A model generated the notes under the pieces. It worked only from the letters and a program-made list of their open reading frames with translations, searched no databases and had not been told where the DNA came from. Shown here in pieces: positions 1-11,067 of a DNA stretch of 64,000 bases (position 1 is its first letter; every line of letters begins with the position of its first letter). The DNA is from Isurus oxyrinchus (Eukaryota): NCBI GenBank assembly GCA_026770705.1, contig JANJGN010000036.1:2976001-3040000 (forward strand). Reading direction: 5' to 3'. Position numbers and translations under genes: made by a program.

Positions 1-445
1 AAATGAATGATTATTTCTATCGTGAAGGAATTAACCGACTGCTTTCCTTTCTCGAATATAAGCGGCTCGAGATGACCTAACCAAAGCATTCAGTTGGAGA
101 AACTATGATTGTTTCAGTGAAGAAAGTCTATTGAGGAAAGCTTTCTTGGAGATTGACAAAATTGCCTTAGGAATAGACACGTGAGGCAATGGGAATTCAG
201 CCCCTATTGACTGAGGTACAAAGATTACTTCATGCTGTGAGTGGTAATGACCTGGAACTCACATTCCAAGGATGGTGGCAGCGGAGAGAATGAATTATTA
301 CAAAAGGACATTCACTGAGGCAAATAATCTGACAGGCAAACACCGGAGTCAGGGTTTTACATGCGTTACTCTAATATAACGGGTATGCTCTCCATGGTCG
401 AATGACCTTCCTCCGTGTTTTAATAATTCTATGGGTCTATGACTC
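1..445 (+). mobile_element. Degraded CR1-type LINE 3' fragment
   Basis: Similar to the CR1 3' ends elsewhere in the window (tggaactcac…ggtcgaatgaccttcctccgtg…ttctatg). Confidence 0.5.
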
Positions 446-956
446 CGGACGCCTGGACCTGTGTCAGATACGCATATAATGAAATAAGATTTCATCCGGG
501 GTATAACTCATAAACACACTGAATGCCCAATTGAACTCAATACCATGATTTGGGAGAGATTCCTGATCTCGGCCTCGTAACACTGAGGCCGTCTGATTTT
601 CAATTAACTGTCGCTAGAAGCATATTTGTGAAGAATTCTTTCAGAACTGCTGCGTTGCTCCATATGAAACCCCTGATTGGAATATTAGCCCCTCATGGTC
701 AGATAATAGTTCCTCTGCCAGGAATTTGTTTCCAGTGCATCGAGGCTAGTCCAGTTACATCATCAGAGTTGGGTTTGCAAAGACAATTTCAAATCTTATG
801 GGGAGATTAAAAGAGCGAAGAAAAAGAGAGTTAATTTCGTTCATTTTGCACCAACTGAACAGAGCAAAGAGCTGAGGGGGGAAAAATGAGGCGACAGAAA
901 TATTGCCACTTGCATCAGCACAATTATACATCATAACAGGTTAAATAAAAACTCAC

Positions 957-1026
957 CAGGAACTCCAACTGCTGCGAGAGAAGCATAGTAGATGTGCTCT
1001 ATCGGAAGAATGGATGCATATCCAAT
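957..1026 (-). pseudogene. First coding exon of a GPR139/142-like GPCR; start codon apparently mutated (ATT); rest of gene lies left of the window
   Basis: Minus strand reads acc ATT GGA TAT ... = IGYASILPIEHIYYASLAAVGVP G|gtgag. This matches the TM1-start exon with phase-1 intron of the intact GPCR (…IIGVP G|gtaag at 48536-48602). There is no in-frame ATG before the upstream TGA (1087-1089). Confidence 0.7.
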
Positions 1027-1849
1027 GGTTGAGAAACACTGAAGCAGGTTGTGTTGAATCCACAGCTCCAGTGGGCGCGCCGAGATTCAGTATTTGAAGG
1101 AGACCTGATTTAAAGGCATCTTAAATCTGCTCTGGTCCGGCTAATCCCCAGATCATTGCTATTAGATACATTCACATGAACAAACAACTTGCATCAGCAG
1201 CTTTGATTCCAATATGCAAATAATAATGTCGTGCAAAGCACAAACATCTCCATCTGCTGGTTGTTATTTTTAGAAACCATTTAGTTGGAATCGCGCTAAA
1301 AAACTAAGCCTGCAGAGTCGATCCAACAATAATTAGTCAATCGCAGTGGGCTTTCATTCTGTGAAGCCCCTTCGCTCCTGCGGGCACCTTGTTAAATGTT
1401 AATGATCACTTCGCAAATTGTACATTGTGCCCAGGGATCTGTTCCACTGCTTCCACGTGAAGATGCAACGTCTCAGACCCTGACCCGAGGTTTATTGAAG
1501 GCCTGGTCCATGAGGGTAGTCTAGAAATTCCTGCGATTGATGCCAGGAGGAGGACAATGAACACACTCTGCTGACATTCCTCTCTCTGTCACATCCCTGC
1601 TGCTTCCACAATAGCTCAAATTTCCAGGAAGATTGGGACTGTGATACCACATGACTGCATTCCTCGGGTTCACTCATTGCCAAAAGCATATCGCCCTTCT
1701 GCTCAGCGAATTTACCAACCATACCTTCAGCTCCTGCATTAAAGACATTTATATAAACTCGGAAATGTTCAGTCCACGGTGCTGATCGCTGTAGCAAACT
1801 GCTCGCTAGAACGTTCTAACCAGCAAATAAATACCTATTAATGGTAACC

Positions 1850-3060
1850 CTCTGTTTCCGGTTAGCCTGATAATCTGCTAGCCGTGCCCATATGTCACAC
1901 CCTCAGGCATGATCTCTTAACTATCGCAATAACCTGTGATGTGGCAGCTTATCAAATGCCTTCTGCCAATCTTAGTTCAGTATATTCACCAGTTCCCCTT
2001 GATTCACAGCACATGCAACTCCTTCAAAGAACTCCATTAAATTGGTTAGACATCATTTCCCTCTCAAACCCATGTTGACGGTGTCGAATTGCAATGAAAT
2101 TTCCTCAGCGTCCTGCGATTGCATATTCAAAAATATATACCCACATTTTCCCAATGACAAATGTTAAGCTACGTCGCCTGTACTTCCCAACTTCCTGTCT
2201 CCCTCCCTTTTTGAATAAATTCCTTGCATTTGCAGTTTTCCAATCTCATGACACCATCCATTATTCCAGAGAATTTTGGAAAATTAAAACCAACCCATCA
2301 ACTATCCGGCTAGCCACTTCTTTAAAGACCCTTGTTTGAACTCCATCAGGACCCGGAGATTTGTCAGGTCACAGGGCCAACAATTTGATAACTAAAACTT
2401 CGCTAGTGTTTGCAATATTCTTGAGTTCATCTCTCCCTCCCAAATCCTGATTTCCAGTTATTACTGGGATTTACTTATCGTGAGAAGTGATGCAAAATGT
2501 GGACATGGACTCCTTCAGTGTTTGCGGAGTTGCGAATGGTGCTGAACATTTTGTAATCACCAGTGAACATCCCCCCTTTTGACCTTAGGCTGGAAGGAGG
2601 GTCACCAAAGAAGCAGCTGAAGATGTTTTAGCCTAGGACATTACCCTGAGTAACTCTTAAAATGATGTCCTGAAATTGAGATGATTAAACTACAACAACT
2701 ACAGCCATCTTCCTTTATGTTAAGCATGGCTTCATTTAGCGGAGAGTTTTCCACCTGATTCCCATTAATTCCAGTTTTGCCGGGGCTCATTAATGCCACA
2801 CTAGGTCAAATGCTACCTCAGTTTCAAAAGCAGTCACTCTCACCTCACCACTGGAGTTCAATTCTTCTGACCCTGTTTAAACCTAGGTTGTAGTAAGGTC
2901 AAAAGTTGAGTGACCATGGCGGAACACAAATTAAAAGTCATTGAGCAGGGTATTGATAAGCAGTGCCGCTTCATAGAACTGCTGATGACTCCATTGTATC
3001 GCTTTACTGATGATGGAGAGTACAATGATAGGGCGGTAATTGGCCGGTTGGATTTGAACT
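1850..3060 (-). mobile_element. Degraded LINE fragments (CR1 then L2/CR1-clade RT region)
   Basis: Similar to the larger LINE copies at 28.6-30.4 kb (CR1) and 38.7-41.2 kb (gcagctgaagatg…ctaggacattaccctgag). Confidence 0.6.
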
Positions 3061-3899
3061 TTTATTTCATATACATGTCGTATCTGAGCAATGTTCCACA
3101 TTGCCAGAGAATGATAGAGCCCAAAATGAGGCCATTCAGCCTATTGTGTCTGTGCTGCCTCTTTGGAAAAGTGCCACTGTCACGCGCCTCTGAGAATAGA
3201 AAACCCTCCTCACTCTCCTCTGAAATGAGACACCTCTCATTATGAAGCTGTGCCGGCAAATTCTAGATTGGCCCCGCAAGGAGCAGATCTGGTCGATCCC
3301 TCTCAGAATGGTATATGCTTCCGTTAGATCTGGTCCATCTCTCTCAGAATGCCTAATGCTTCAATAAGATCACCTCTCATTCGTCTAAATCCGATATTTG
3401 TGGCTCCATCCGGCTCAAATTGTTCTGCAAAACACCCCTTCATCTCACTGAGCCTTCACAGAACTGCCTCCCATGTGAGTCGTACACATGCACCTACAAA
3501 CACACGCATACACACACACTCACATACAGAGTAGTACGCACACAGATAAATGCAAATACATCAAAAAGGACAAAGGCAGCAGATGCATGGGAACACCACC
3601 ACCTGCACTTCCCCTCCAAGTCACACACTGTCCTGAGCTGCAATGAGATCGCCGTTACTTCCCGGTCGTTGGATCAAAATCCTGAAACTCGCTTACAAAC
3701 AGCACTGTGGGCGCACCTACATTACATGGACTGCAGTGGGTCAAGGAGATGGCACATCACCAGCTTCTCAAGAGGACTTAGGGATGGGCAACAAACACTG
3801 ACCTGGCAAGGAACGTTGACACCCATTCAATAAATACAACATGCATATACACACAGATACACTCTCACTTATGTACAAACAAGGGCAACAAGGCACACA

Positions 3900-4483
3900 C
3901 ATGAACACGGACATATACAGAGATATAACTGCATACTCAAATCTTGTATAACACTGCAAAATGTGGCTTCCTCTAACAAACAGAACCGGGAGGGATAACA
4001 CTCTAGATCAGTGTCTGTTGAAGGAATTACTCCCTGACACTTACTTGACCGTTCTATTATTAGATGTCAATGCGGTTTCCAATTAGAACGATAATGGGGA
4101 CCGGATGCAAATAAAGGTGATGATTACAGAATAATGTCCTCTGTTAACGGGGAGACATATCCCTTGCAATCTGGAGCTAAATGCAGAGAAAAGAGTCGAA
4201 CAAGCATTGCTGGTTATAAATCTAAGAATGAGAGATAATTTCAATGAATCATATAAGATTCTGAGGGAACTTTGATAGGGTAGATGTTGAGAGACTGTTT
4301 GCCCTTGTGGTGAATCTGGAACTAGTGTCTACAGCTTCAGAAATTGCGTTTTCTCAATTCCGACTGAGATGAGATGTTTCTCCTCTCAGACTGATTTTTG
4401 AATTGTCCTGCCCAGGGAGCAGTTGAAGCTGGGTCAGTGAACCAACTGAAATCTGAGTCAGACAGGGTTTTCATTGACAAGGT
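3900..4483 (+). repeat. Direct repeat copy 1 (about 585 bp; segment of the B-locus upstream region including a CR1 3' fragment)
   Basis: Runs catgaacacggac…ttgacaaggt and is highly similar to 10473-11067; more distantly similar (inverted) to about 37000-37620. Confidence 0.9.
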
Positions 4484-4769
4484 CGTCCTGAAATAAGAAT
4501 TCGTGACTCGACAAACCTGGCGCCCGGCATCAAGTCAATGTGGGTAAATGGCTTGATTTCTGGGTTAAAGCGACACTGGGAATCGGATCCCTTCCTCCAC
4601 CCGCACCACCACCCACCCCGCCGCCCCCCAATCCCCCCCACCCCCACCGCTCCCCACCCCCATCCGAGCGCCGGAAATGATAAATCGACGAGCGTTGTGC
4701 AAATTCGTCGCTTAATTTTGGACTCCAAACCCCGCCTCCCACACATGTTAAAATGCGAATTGTGACCTA

Positions 4770-5005
4770 TTGCTGTTTGCAGGCAGGACCTGTGTGTGGG
4801 AGCTGAGCGACTAAAGAGGAAGCTCAGAGTCACCGTTTACCTCCTGCTGCATTTTCCATCCGCCTGTGTTTAAAAGGCAGCGCCTAATTTCCGCGGCTCC
4901 GCATTTCACTATTTCACCCGGTTCCCCGTCTGGATTGAGGTTCCCGACCCCCCAGAGGAATAAGGGACGAACTCACAACTTCAGCCACAGCCTCGGCCGC
5001 CGACA
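4770..5005 (+). promoter_or_regulatory. Proximal promoter of A1, conserved with that of A2; Ets-type GGAA site
   Basis: tttgcaggcaggacctgtgtgtggg…aaagaggaag (GAGGAAG at 4816-4822) aligns with tttgcaggcagagctgtgcgtggg…aaacaggaaac upstream of the A2 ATG (minus strand, about 21295-21350). Confidence 0.5.
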
Positions 5006-5048
5006 ATGAGCGTCATCACTCTCTGCGCCCTGCTTCACCTCTTCCCAG
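5006..5048 (+). CDS. A1 leader exon (MSVITLCALLHLFP)
   Basis: Hydrophobic signal peptide with phase-1 donor G|gttag; homologous to A2 leader MRFIMSCTLLHVFP. Confidence 0.8.
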
Positions 5049-8000
5049 GTTAGATTTCCTTACTCCTGATGCGCGAAGGTACCCCACCGGAAGCTCACTG
5101 AGGAATGTCAGGAGGGCGAGGAGGCGACGCCGCCGTTTCCTGGAATATTCCTCCTCTGCCGAGGGACTGAATGGTCTAAAGTTCAGAAGTCTAGATAAAC
5201 CGAGATGTCTCACATCTCAAGGCTGCAACTGTGAAGAGGACAGGACAGCCCTGACTGCGCCCCGGACCGAGACTTATCCCTTCACCCAACAGACTGTCTG
5301 ATTATTACCACGGCGCTATTTTTGGGATCTTGCTGTGCACTAACTGTTCGCCGCATTTCCGAGAATGCAAGAGTGACCGCCCTTGAAAAAGTAATTCATG
5401 TGAAGCGCCTTTATCTCCTTCCTATACCTTTCTTTTTCTCTCTCTCTCTTTCTCTCTTTCTTTCTTTGTTTCTTTGTTCCTTCCTCTCTTTCCAGGTCTG
5501 ATCTCAAATTTAACCCTCAGCGCTTTATCCCGCCTACAGGTCAGGAACTGGCGATCCTTCCTGACAGAATGTCCCTGTCACCAGGTGACAGGCGGAATGT
5601 CTCTTTGGTATAAAACAGGTTTTATGTTTCCCTGACATAACAGGATGTCTTGTGCTGTGTTCTGTCCCCTCAGTGACCGTCTCTCAGGCCGCGTTCCCGC
5701 AATCTCCGGCCGCTCAGACCGTCTCGGTGGGCAGTAGCTTCAAGGTGCATTGCCACACAGGCTGGTTATCAAGTGAAGCTGTTTACTGGTATAAACAGCG
5801 GCACCGAGAACACCTGCAGTTCGTTCACAGGGTGAGAAAGCACATCCCTGCAGAGGGAAGGTTTTCAGGAGAAATCAACGACAAATCGACCATTTACACC
5901 TTAGTGATCGAGGAGGTCCAGAGAAATGACTCGGGTTTTTATTACTGCGCAGCCCGGAAAACCCCTGGAAAGTCCCTGGTCTTCGGGACCGGCTCCAAAT
6001 TATTCACCACAGGTAAAAACAAAAAGGGAAATGAGATTGTTTACTCGCTTTATCACTGTTTTTTCCTTCGATCATGGGATGTGGGTGTCTCTGGCTCGGC
6101 AAAGCGTGTATTACCCATCCCTAATTACCCTTGTTCAGGAGGCATTTAAGAGAAAGTGTGGATCTGGAGTCAGATGTAGGGTCAGAACGGGTAAGGGCGG
6201 CAGATTTCCTTCCCTAAAGGGCATTAGTGAACCAGATGGGAGTTATTTTCTTATTGATGACAATCGATTCCTGGCCATCATTAGACTTTTAATTCCAGAT
6301 TCTTATTCCGTTCCAATTCCTCCCTCTGCCAGAGGTGCGATTCGAAGCCGGGTCCCCAGAGCATTACTCACTCTCTAGATTACCGGAGCCCAGTAAACAT
6401 TCCACTCCGCACCGTGTCCCCCAAACTACCAATAACCAGGAATTCACAGTGAATAATAATTACATCTTATCTCCCAAACTCTCCAGGTACGCCGACAATA
6501 TTCCTCTTAACTCCGCCGGTGGATGAAGCTGTTGAGATGGAGACTGTCCCATTGATGTGTTTGGTGACCAACGCGGCCTCTGTTACCCTTCCCATCCGCT
6601 GGAATTTTTCCTCGTGGGAGACAAAGGGAATGACGGATTCTGGAACAATCGACTCCGAAGGGGCGTACAATATAAGGAGCCTCATCAGGGTCCCACCAGG
6701 AACGTGCAGCGGGGGCGGGTTCTGCACTTGCTCTGTTCAAATCTCCTCCACTCAAAGTCTCATCAGTGAAAGGTTCTCATATCAGAGAGGTAACTATTGA
6801 CAATATCCATTTACAGGTATATTTAATTACTGATGTGAGACTGAATTGTTCGCAATACCGCATGTGTTATCTTAATAGTCGTTCCCTTTCCGTGTATATG
6901 GACACAGGCACAGATTCGTAGAAAGTCTACGGCACAGGAAGAGGCCATGGTGCCTGCCTCGTAGAAAAACGAGCCACCCAGCCCAATCCTACTTTCCAAC
7001 ATTTGGTCGGTATCCCTGCATCTTACAGCGCTACAGAAACACATCCAGTGGCCTTTTAAATGAATTGAGGGTTTCTGCCTCTCCTGCCCTTTCAGGCAGT
7101 GAGTCTCAGACCCCTACAAGACCCTGGGCGAGAAGAATCTTCCCTCGTCTCCCCTCTAATCTTTCTACAAATCACTATAAACCTGGACACTGACATCTCT
7201 GCTAAAGTAAAAAAGCCATTCACATCCCCTCTATCCAGACTCCACACAATTTTGTACACATCAACCCCATCTCCCATCAGCCTCCTCTGTTCCAAGGAGA
7301 ATAGTCCCAGCCTATCCAATGTTTCCTCATAGCTACAATTTTCCAGTCGTGGTAACATCCTTGTGAATTTGTTCTCTACTCTAATGCAAGCACGCCCTTT
7401 CTGTAATGAGATGACCAGAACTGCATACACCACTCACGCTGAAGCCTAACTCATGTTTAATACAGTTCCAGCATAGCCTCCCTCCTCTTGCATCCTAAAC
7501 GTCGTCTAATAAATGAAAGGATCTGGGGCTAATTACCCGGTCAATTACCTCTTCCATATCTCTCAATGTTTCAGTGTTTAGCTCCCTAAAATTTGAAGCC
7601 CATCTGTTTAACTATGCCAGAGATACATGGTGGGAGATAAGGAATCAGGCTGAGATTTTGCAGTTTAAAATAGGAAAATTGAAATTCAATTTCCAGTTTG
7701 AAACTTGAGCAGTATTTTGCTTCTATCCTCCCAAACGCACAATACAATCAACATGTGCTCTTACCCTCATATCCCTTTTTCTGCCGTGTGTTTAAGGAGT
7801 TTCTCTGCAATGAGACTTTCCTTGTAGACATTTCCACATTCTAACGATAAAAGAAGCAAAATAGAGCGGATGCAGGAAATCTGAAGCAAACGCAGGAAAA
7901 AAAAAGGCCTGGAGAAGGGTCACGCAGACTCGAAACGTTAACACCGTTTCTCTCACCACAGATGCTGTCAGGCCCGCTGAGTTTTTCCAGTATTTTCTAT

Positions 8001-10080
8001 TTTTGTTCCACATTCTAACCACCCTGAACAAAAGAAAAAAAGAACACGGTTTCGCCTGAAATGCCAATTGGGGTTTATAATTGGTAGAAGAGCTGAAAGC
8101 TCGACATTCCAGGAGACAAAGCGGACTTTGCATTAAATTCAGATTGATACAAGAATATGGGGAGTAGGTCCAAGTAGTGGAGCCGAATTTTGATTCCTTT
8201 GGCGAAGAAGAATGTTCTACAATGGACACTAAACCACAAGACAACAACAAGACTATCAGAGACAAAGTAAGCCGCTTGATTGGCACCCACGCTCTGCATG
8301 GGCCCAGTGGCAGTAATATCTACAAGATGTCCTGCATAATCTGCCATGGTCACGTTGTTCTCTAATCTTATTGTGTTTTCTTGAATTTACCTCTTAATCC
8401 TTGTCTCTTCCAGTCTCGCTCTGTCTCTCCACCAATCTGTCTACCCCTTTTCATTTTCATATTTTAATTTCACTCGGGTTTCGTTCTACTGGCAATACTG
8501 ACTTTGAGTCCCCATCCCTCGCTATTTTGAGTGGGCGTTGGCGTGTACTCTTGAAATTTTGAAAAGTGACAGGTGGCACGGGTAAGGGATTTTTCACAAT
8601 TGTTTCTCCGCCCGCCCCCTCCACCACCCCTCACCCGCCTCTTTCTTCAGAGCCGCGAAAGGGTACTTGTTACCTGTTGATTTACCGAAGTTCATTGGGG
8701 ATCATTCTCCTTCTGTTGACCTTGACTGTCGTCGGCAGATGGAGCTACATGAAGCGACATTCAGGTAGGAAGAGCTGCAAATTTTTGGGGCTCTACACCC
8801 TGCAAGTGAGTCGATGCAACCTTTACCTCTTTTTGACACGTTAATTAACTCGATAAGGGTAAAATTTGCAGACATTTATGCCCTTTTTTTAATATATCAG
8901 GCAACGGGAACTCGGATGAGACATTCACGGATTCTGGGTCACGTGAGCGAAACCAAGAGGTAAATACATGGAGACTTTTTTTTTTGCAGTTTCCTGTCGC
9001 TGATTTTATAAAACAACCTTTATGCGGGATTGTTATGGCCCGAAAGTTCACTAAACTTCTCATAGTCAAAATGGCAGCATTTACCATTTTGCTAGAACTG
9101 GAAACAGCTGGAAATATATATCTGGAGATTTAATATCAGTAATAATATTTAATGATGTTTCAATCGAACGATAATAGAGTTAAAATGGTTGAATTATGAG
9201 AACAGGTAGCACATATTCGTTGTTTATACTGAAGAATAAAAAATGTTCCAATTGTAATGTTTACACTGCTTAAATTATCTATGGGGGATGTGGTGGCAGA
9301 GTGGGCTTGTCACTGGGCTACTGTTCAAGTGTAATTTCCTGGATACCCGGGTTCCAGTTCCAGCGCAGCAAATGGTTCAATTTGAATTCAATCCAAATTT
9401 GGAATTAAAAAATCTCTGAACCATAGGTGATTGTCTGAAGAAGGTTCATATGGACTCGAAATGATAATTGTTGTTTGCTCTCCACAAATGCTGTTGGATC
9501 TGCTGAGTTTTTCCAGCATTTTCTGTTTTTGTTTCATATTTCCAGCATCTGCAGTATTTTGCTTTCATTATATTGTCGTAAATACCCATCTGGTGCATTA
9601 ATGCCCCATAGAGGAGTAGATCTGCCGCCCTCACCTGGTCTGGCTGGCACGTGACTCCAGACCCACAGCAATGTGGTTGACTCTTAACTGCAATTAGGGA
9701 TGGGCACTCAGTGCTGGCCTAGGCAGCAACGCCAACATTATATGAACGAATGAAGAAATGATCGGATTAGACGAGAAAATCTGTTACAGGCGCGAATGCT
9801 CAGGGACAAAACCTTAAAATTGGGAGCAGCCGTTCAGAGGTGACATCAGAAAGCACCAGCGCACACAAAGGGGAGGTGGGGATCTCAGCTAGATTTTAAT
9901 ATTTACTTTCAATCCTAAAGCATTGCAAAGTATTCGGAGATAGAGACCAACATTGGTCTAATTGAATGGGGTATCAAGGTCCAGGCGAGCTCGTAATGTT
10001 TATATGATGATAATAGTTACCATTTCCCCTCATAGGCTCTTGATGCTCGACTGGCGTTTACTGCAGATCCGGCGTCCTGA
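5006..10080 (+). CDS. Gene A1: non-rearranging antigen-receptor-like IgSF membrane protein (L-VJ-C1-TM-Cyt), 300 aa, intact
   Basis: Exons 5006-5048, 5674-6012, 6487-6789, 8651-8764, 8901-8959, 10036-10080. All introns are GT-AG with consistent phases (1,1,1,1,0); 903 nt, open throughout. Exon sizes 43/303/59/45 match paralogue A2. Confidence 0.88.
5674..6012 (+). CDS. A1 V exon with germline-joined J
   Basis: B-strand Cys (KVHC), WYKQ, GRFSG, DSGFYYC and J motif FGTGSKL in one exon, between cccctcag acceptor and G|gtaaa donor; no RSS. Confidence 0.93.
6060..6425 (-). mobile_element. tRNA-headed SINE in the A1 V-C1 intron
   Basis: Minus strand shows A/B-box-like head (ggggacacggtgcggagtgg…ggcttcgaatc); same family as 9283-9750. 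Accounts for the longer V-C intron of A1 (474 nt against about 90 nt in A2/B1). Confidence 0.7.
6487..6789 (+). CDS. A1 C1-set Ig exon
   Basis: PTIFLLTPP…VPLMCLV…IRWNFS…GAYNIRSLIRV…FCTCSV is a C1 pattern; ctccag acceptor, G|gtaac donor, 303 nt. Confidence 0.9.
6910..7520 (-). mobile_element. CR1 LINE 3' end
   Basis: ORF 7092-7433 carries FTRMLPRLENCSYEETLDRLGLFSLEQRRL, the CR1 ORF2 C-terminus. Confidence 0.85.
8651..8764 (+). CDS. A1 connecting peptide/TM exon with Cys and intramembrane Arg
   Basis: EPRKGTCYLLIYRSSLGIILLLLTLTVVGRWSYMKRHS; ttcttcag acceptor, G|gtagg donor. Confidence 0.85.
8901..8959 (+). CDS. A1 cytoplasmic exon 1 (GNGNSDETFTDSGSRERNQE)
   Basis: 59 nt, phase 1 to 0, gap-free alignment with A2 exon 17215-17273. 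Confidence 0.82.
9283..9760 (+). mobile_element. tRNA-headed SINE interrupted by a Penelope-like terminal repeat (9436-9571)
   Basis: The insert is flanked by ATTGTC direct repeats (9430-9435, 9572-9577); the insert family recurs at about 7850-8010 and 31600-31800. Confidence 0.6.
10036..10080 (+). CDS. A1 terminal coding exon (ALDARLAFTADPAS*)
   Basis: tttcccctcatag acceptor; aligns gap-free with A2 terminal exon TLYARLAFNADPTL*. Confidence 0.82.
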   Translation, partial: ALDARLAFTADPAS

Positions 10081-10472
10081 CGGGAAAGAACAGTTATTGG
10101 ATGAAGCAGGAGATGACGCGTTGAAGAACATTTCCACCATGGAATTCAATAAGAAACATTGTCCAATGGTAATTCCAACAACATTTCCTCGATCTTGTGC
10201 CGTGCTCGTGTGTTTTGACGCTCATTGGCAGAGGTGTGGAAATGTAATTTAGAAGACCTCTAGGTGTCAGCACTTCCACTAGACGGAGTTTAACTTTTAT
10301 GTTAGTGAGTAACAAGCACTTGTCACCCAACGAATGACCCCTCAGATGTATTTCCAATATAGAAACGATTTAGCACCTACTGTGGATTTGTCATTATTAT
10401 TGTTCTCCTTCTTGTTTTTGTTCTTCTTCTTATTATTATCCGTCACGTATATGTCCATCGGTGATATCACAA

Positions 10473-11067
10473 CATGAACACGGACGTATACAGAGATATA
10501 ACTGCATACCTAAACCTTGTATAACACTGCAAAATGTGGTTTCCTCAAACGAACAGAAGCGGCAGGGATCTTATTCTGATTCTGGATCAGTGTCTGTCGA
10601 AGGAATTGCTCCCTAATACTTAACTGACCCTTCTATTATTAGATGTTAGTGCAGTTTCCAGTTAGATCGATAATGAGGACCGGATTCAAATTAAGATGAT
10701 GATTACAGGCTCTTAATGCCCTCTGTTTACGGAGACACATATCCCTTGCAATCTGAAGCTAAATGCAAAGAAAAATATCAAACAAGCATTGCTGGTTTTA
10801 AATCTAAGAATGAGACATCACCTTCCTGAAACATATAAGATTCTGAGGGAGCTTTGAAAGGTTAGATGTTGAGAGGCTGTTTGCCGTCGTGGGGAATCTG
10901 GAACTAGTGTTCACAGCTTCAGAATGAGGGTTTCCCATTTACAACTGACATGAGGAGATGTTTCTTCTCTCAGATTGATTTTTAAATTGTCCTGACCGGA
11001 GAGCATTTGAAGCTGGGTCAGTGAACATGCTGAAGTCTGAGTTAGACAGATTTTTGATTGACAAGGT
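10473..11067 (+). repeat. Direct repeat copy 2
   Basis: Same sequence block as 3900-4483; the two copies flank gene A1. Confidence 0.9.

Noticed and set aside
6445-6485. CACAGTG heptamer downstream of the A1 V exon (others near 17063, 24373 and 26451)
   Set aside because: No ACAAAAACC-like nonamer at 12 or 23 bp, and not abutting a coding end; not RSSs.
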